Virus record (IMG/VR): IMGVR_UViG_3300033273_000263
Location: 1-60,149 of that record
Length of the DNA stretch: 60,149 bases
Reading direction: 5' to 3' (one strand)
Source of the DNA: a virus
Taxonomy: Duplodnaviria > Caudoviricetes
The translations under genes were made by a program, and so were the position numbers. Shown here piece by piece: positions 57,366 to 60,149 of this stretch; within the stretch, counting starts at the first letter, position 1, and each line of letters starts with the position of its first letter. Below the pieces are notes generated by a model. It was given only the letters and a program-made list of their open reading frames with translations, was not told the DNA's origin and did not search any database.

Positions 57366-57801
57366 AGATCTTGAGTTTCTGGTGATCAGGAATAACCTTC
57401 TTCAATTCTACCACAAGCATTCCATTTGTAAAGGTTACCGATCCAACCTCTACATCATCACTCAAGTTGAAACCTCTAGCGAAGGTGCGAGTCGATACGC
57501 CCCGATGCATATACTCGTCTTCAGCATTCGTATCCTTCGCTGCCTTGGACTTGATGAGCAAGACATTGGATTCCGTGCTCACTTCAATGTCTTCTGGTGC
57601 CCATCCAGCAAGTGCTAGTTCGATGCGCCACTTAACTTCTGATTCTTTGATCAGGTTGTATGGAGGGTACTGTCCACCAGGTTGGTTGTAACCATACGAA
57701 TTCAACCGATGGAAAATGTCATCCAATCCAACGCTATAGCGATTGGCTGCATCAAAAATCCTGTCCAAATCTTTGGACGTGTAACGTGAAAGTCCAGTCA
57801 T
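57319..57801 (-). CDS. hsp20: Small heat-shock protein Hsp20
   Basis: YPPYN, ALAG, Y.HRG...R.F.R.F.L, NG.L; AAGGAG RBS. Confidence 0.93.
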   Translation of the reverse strand: MTGLSRYTSKDLDRIFDAANRYSVGLDDIFHRLNSYGYNQPGGQYPPYNLIKESEVKWRIELALAGWAPEDIEVSTESNVLLIKSKAAKDTNAEDEYMHRGVSTRTFARGFNLSDDVEVGSVTFTNGMLVVELKKVIPDHQKLKIYEIDTTGSTEPSDAV

Positions 57802-57947
57802 TGTAGTTCTCCTTAAAAAGCGAGAGTCGTTGTGTGGTCCCCGAAGGCAACCATAATTATATAGACGAGATGGTACCAAAAAGCAAGTTCGGTTCTCACC
57901 AAAGAAAGAAATCTACTAAATAGCTCTGATCGTAAATTGATTCGGTA

Positions 57948-58454
57948 ATGAAGAAAGCACTGTTTGCTTTTGGAATGATTTTGATGACTGCACCTGCTAT
58001 GGCAGGTGGACTTGTTACTAAACACGCATCCAGTGTTCAACTGACTGTCGATGCTGCAAGAACTACTGCCACGAGAGTGGGTAACTCCTACTCGGTATCT
58101 GGTAGCGGTGTTGTCACTGACGTTGGTGGCAGTGGCACTGCTGACCTTGGTGTTGGTGGTCTTGGCACCATAACTAATGGTGCTGCTGCTGGATCTTTTG
58201 CCACAGCGACCCAAGCAACCTCTGGTAACGCTTTTAGTTTCAGTAACTCCTTTACAGCAGGTGATTCCATAATCACAACTGCTCCCACTGTGGGCAATGT
58301 GAGTGCGTTCTCCAATCAAACTTCTTACGCTGCAGGAACTGCTGGATCTCTGGCAGGTACTGTAACCACAGCAGGTGCTCTAACTGTAACCGCAGGTGGA
58401 GCTGGTACTGTTGCAACAGGACAATTTGTTAGCGAGATTACTGTTATCGACTGA
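57948..58454 (+). CDS. Secreted Gly/Thr/Ser-rich protein
   Basis: Signal peptide; CTAAATA late motif at 57916-57922. Confidence 0.75.
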   Translation: MKKALFAFGMILMTAPAMAGGLVTKHASSVQLTVDAARTTATRVGNSYSVSGSGVVTDVGGSGTADLGVGGLGTITNGAAAGSFATATQATSGNAFSFSNSFTAGDSIITTAPTVGNVSAFSNQTSYAAGTAGSLAGTVTTAGALTVTAGGAGTVATGQFVSEITVID

Positions 58455-58462
58455 GGTTTGAT

Positions 58463-58897
58463 ATGGATCGTTTGAAAGAAGCAATCGGTCTTGGACTTGT
58501 CTTAGGTATGTTTCACGGGGCTGCTCAAGCAGTACCCGTGGTCCCAAACTTCACACAGGGGTCGATGACGAGCCACACAGAGACGACACAAAAGATAACA
58601 GAAACCATCAACTCGATGGACTATAACACTGGATATCAATATTCAGTAACAGGGAGTGGAGTAACCGCGTCAGGTAATCTTTCGCCTGGCACAGGTACAA
58701 GTAGCGTAACTATTGATGGAGTGACTTCGCAATGGACAGGAATCGGATCGAGACCAACATTCACACAAACAACACCAGGCGCAGCGTTTCAGTTTACAGA
58801 AACGTACCAAGGTCCTGGTTTAAGCAACCAAACAATAATTCAAAGGGTGACAGAGGTTACCAGTGTGACAGACACAACAAGCATTTTCACGCAGTAA
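58463..58897 (+). CDS. Secreted Thr-rich protein
   Basis: GAGG RBS; AQA-VPVVPNF.QGSM. Confidence 0.75.
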   Translation: MDRLKEAIGLGLVLGMFHGAAQAVPVVPNFTQGSMTSHTETTQKITETINSMDYNTGYQYSVTGSGVTASGNLSPGTGTSSVTIDGVTSQWTGIGSRPTFTQTTPGAAFQFTETYQGPGLSNQTIIQRVTEVTSVTDTTSIFTQ

Positions 58898-59607
58898 GAA
58901 ATGTATCGCTCAGCACTGTTATTGGGATTAGTCTGCTATGCCCTAGCGTTCTACGTGCTGAAACTGTTGGTGGAGTCTCTGCAACAGCTTCCCCAATAGC
59001 GAACAGCTCAGGCTCAGTGACCAACCAAGCTATTCAGGTTTTACAGGGTCCATACATCACTAACACATACGGGAACGGGATCCAGTGTCAAGGTCCCACT
59101 GTTAACTTCACTCCATATGTTACAGGTAGTGCATCTGCTACTAAACCTTACGAACCATATTATTGGGATCCTGTTTATGATATGCGGGATCTTGATGAAG
59201 ATGGTGCCCCTGATAATCCTGGCTCTATTCTTTACACTGTTCCTGTAAGAACAGGACAGAAAGATAACTACAACTTAGGTGTAGGTTTCTCTGCTACTTG
59301 GTCTTCTCCATTAGATAAGAAGTTGCAAGACCAATGCAAAGAAGCAGCTGCTGCTAACATCGCATTGATGAAGCAACAAGCTGCTAATAAAAGATTAGAT
59401 TTTGAAATTGCCAGATTAAAAAATTGTGGAGAATTATTAAAGCAAGGAATTCAATTCCACCCTAAGAGCCCTTATTATTCTGTGTGTGCTGATGTCGTCG
59501 TGAATAATCCACCAGGACATACACATCCACACGTTCATTCTATTCCTAGTCCCGTTTCTAGAAAAGCAGAAGATTTAGGTGGACCGTTACAATCTACTCG
59601 TCAGTAA
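58732..59607 (+). CDS. Secreted/membrane hypothetical protein overlapping the previous gene
   Basis: Hydrophobic stretch then AETVGGVSATA.P.ANSSGSVTNQAIQ; only in-frame start is at 58732. Confidence 0.7.
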   Translation: MDRNRIETNIHTNNTRRSVSVYRNVPRSWFKQPNNNSKGDRGYQCDRHNKHFHAVRNVSLSTVIGISLLCPSVLRAETVGGVSATASPIANSSGSVTNQAIQVLQGPYITNTYGNGIQCQGPTVNFTPYVTGSASATKPYEPYYWDPVYDMRDLDEDGAPDNPGSILYTVPVRTGQKDNYNLGVGFSATWSSPLDKKLQDQCKEAAAANIALMKQQAANKRLDFEIARLKNCGELLKQGIQFHPKSPYYSVCADVVVNNPPGHTHPHVHSIPSPVSRKAEDLGGPLQSTRQ

Positions 59608-59974
59608 GGTGATCAGCACACTGTAGTTCGGTAGGTTCATCACCACTATTCCAGAACTTCTGGTTTGCTTCCAGAAGTGCTTCTGTTACATCCTCTTTGA
59701 ATGAGCGACGTGGAATGAAGATCTCATCATCTTCCGTCTTGTACTCTGGGTGATTCTCTTTGAATTGAGTTTCAGAATCATAGAGTAGAGAACGTGTAAT
59801 GTCATTGACTATTTCTAGGCACGATCCAGGGAGATTAGAATAGTTACCATTGCCAGTGCCATACATCAGTTCTCTCACAACATCAAGTAATTTGATGTAG
59901 GTAACTGCTTTCTCTGCGAAGACGAGTTCGAACTCTTCTTGGTGTTCAGTTGTTTTGAATGTGGGGATGTTCAT
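59594..59974 (-). CDS. Hypothetical protein
   Basis: 126-aa ORF. Confidence 0.6.
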   Translation of the reverse strand: MNIPTFKTTEHQEEFELVFAEKAVTYIKLLDVVRELMYGTGNGNYSNLPGSCLEIVNDITRSLLYDSETQFKENHPEYKTEDDEIFIPRRSFKEDVTEALLEANQKFWNSGDEPTELQCADHLTDE

Positions 59975-59983
59975 TTGTTTTTC

Positions 59984-60149
59984 TCACAATAGAGGAAGTA
60001 TCTGGGGCTTGGGTCGGCGGGCGGCGCGGAGAGCAGGGATGGCTTTACCATCTTCGCCCCAATATCCCATTTTCATCATCCAAGCGATGACTGCCTCCAG
60101 CTCAGTGTCAGCGCCCCATTGGGCGGCTTGGGTGGCGACATCAGTTACC
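59984..60149 (-). CDS. Hypothetical protein (partial, GC-rich)
   Basis: ...VATQAAQWGADTELEAVIAWMMKMGYWGEDGKAIPALRAARRPKPQILPLL*. Confidence 0.6.
   Translation of the reverse strand, partial: VTDVATQAAQWGADTELEAVIAWMMKMGYWGEDGKAIPALRAARRPKPQILPLL

Overview
A 60-kb segment of a T4-like marine cyanomyovirus (Synechococcus/Prochlorococcus-type phage) genome, almost entirely on the minus strand. It contains a baseplate/tail/head-completion block (gp27-like, two tape-measure-like proteins with muralytic domains, gp51, gp26, gp54-like, gp2, gp4, gp48, gp53). It also carries core replication and nucleotide genes (gp32, gp33, PhoH, ThyX, RNase H, NrdA/B/C, primase gp61, MazG, helicase gp41, UvsX, DNA polymerase gp43, Hsp20). 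An auxiliary-metabolism island holds psbA, zwf, ndhP, gnd, PTOX, two hli genes, a peroxiredoxin and talC; cp12 lies elsewhere. There are five 2OG-Fe(II) oxygenases and two tRNAs (Val-TAC, Arg-TCT). The most notable signals read from the DNA are: (1) a tandem glutamine (glnA-type) riboswitch whose second aptamer has a complete 53-codon ORF inside its P2 loop, upstream of two DUF4278-like peptides; (2) a T TTT TTC slippery site predicted to fuse gp26 to a start-less gp51 by -1 frameshift just before the tape-measure genes, like lambda G/GT; (3) a block of apparently capsid-packaged, protease-segmented modular proteins next to a cytidyltransferase and an RNA-ligase-like enzyme; (4) back-to-back divergent genes with reciprocal internal late promoters; (5) strong CATG/CCGG avoidance. 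All family assignments come from motif recognition by eye; no database search was run.
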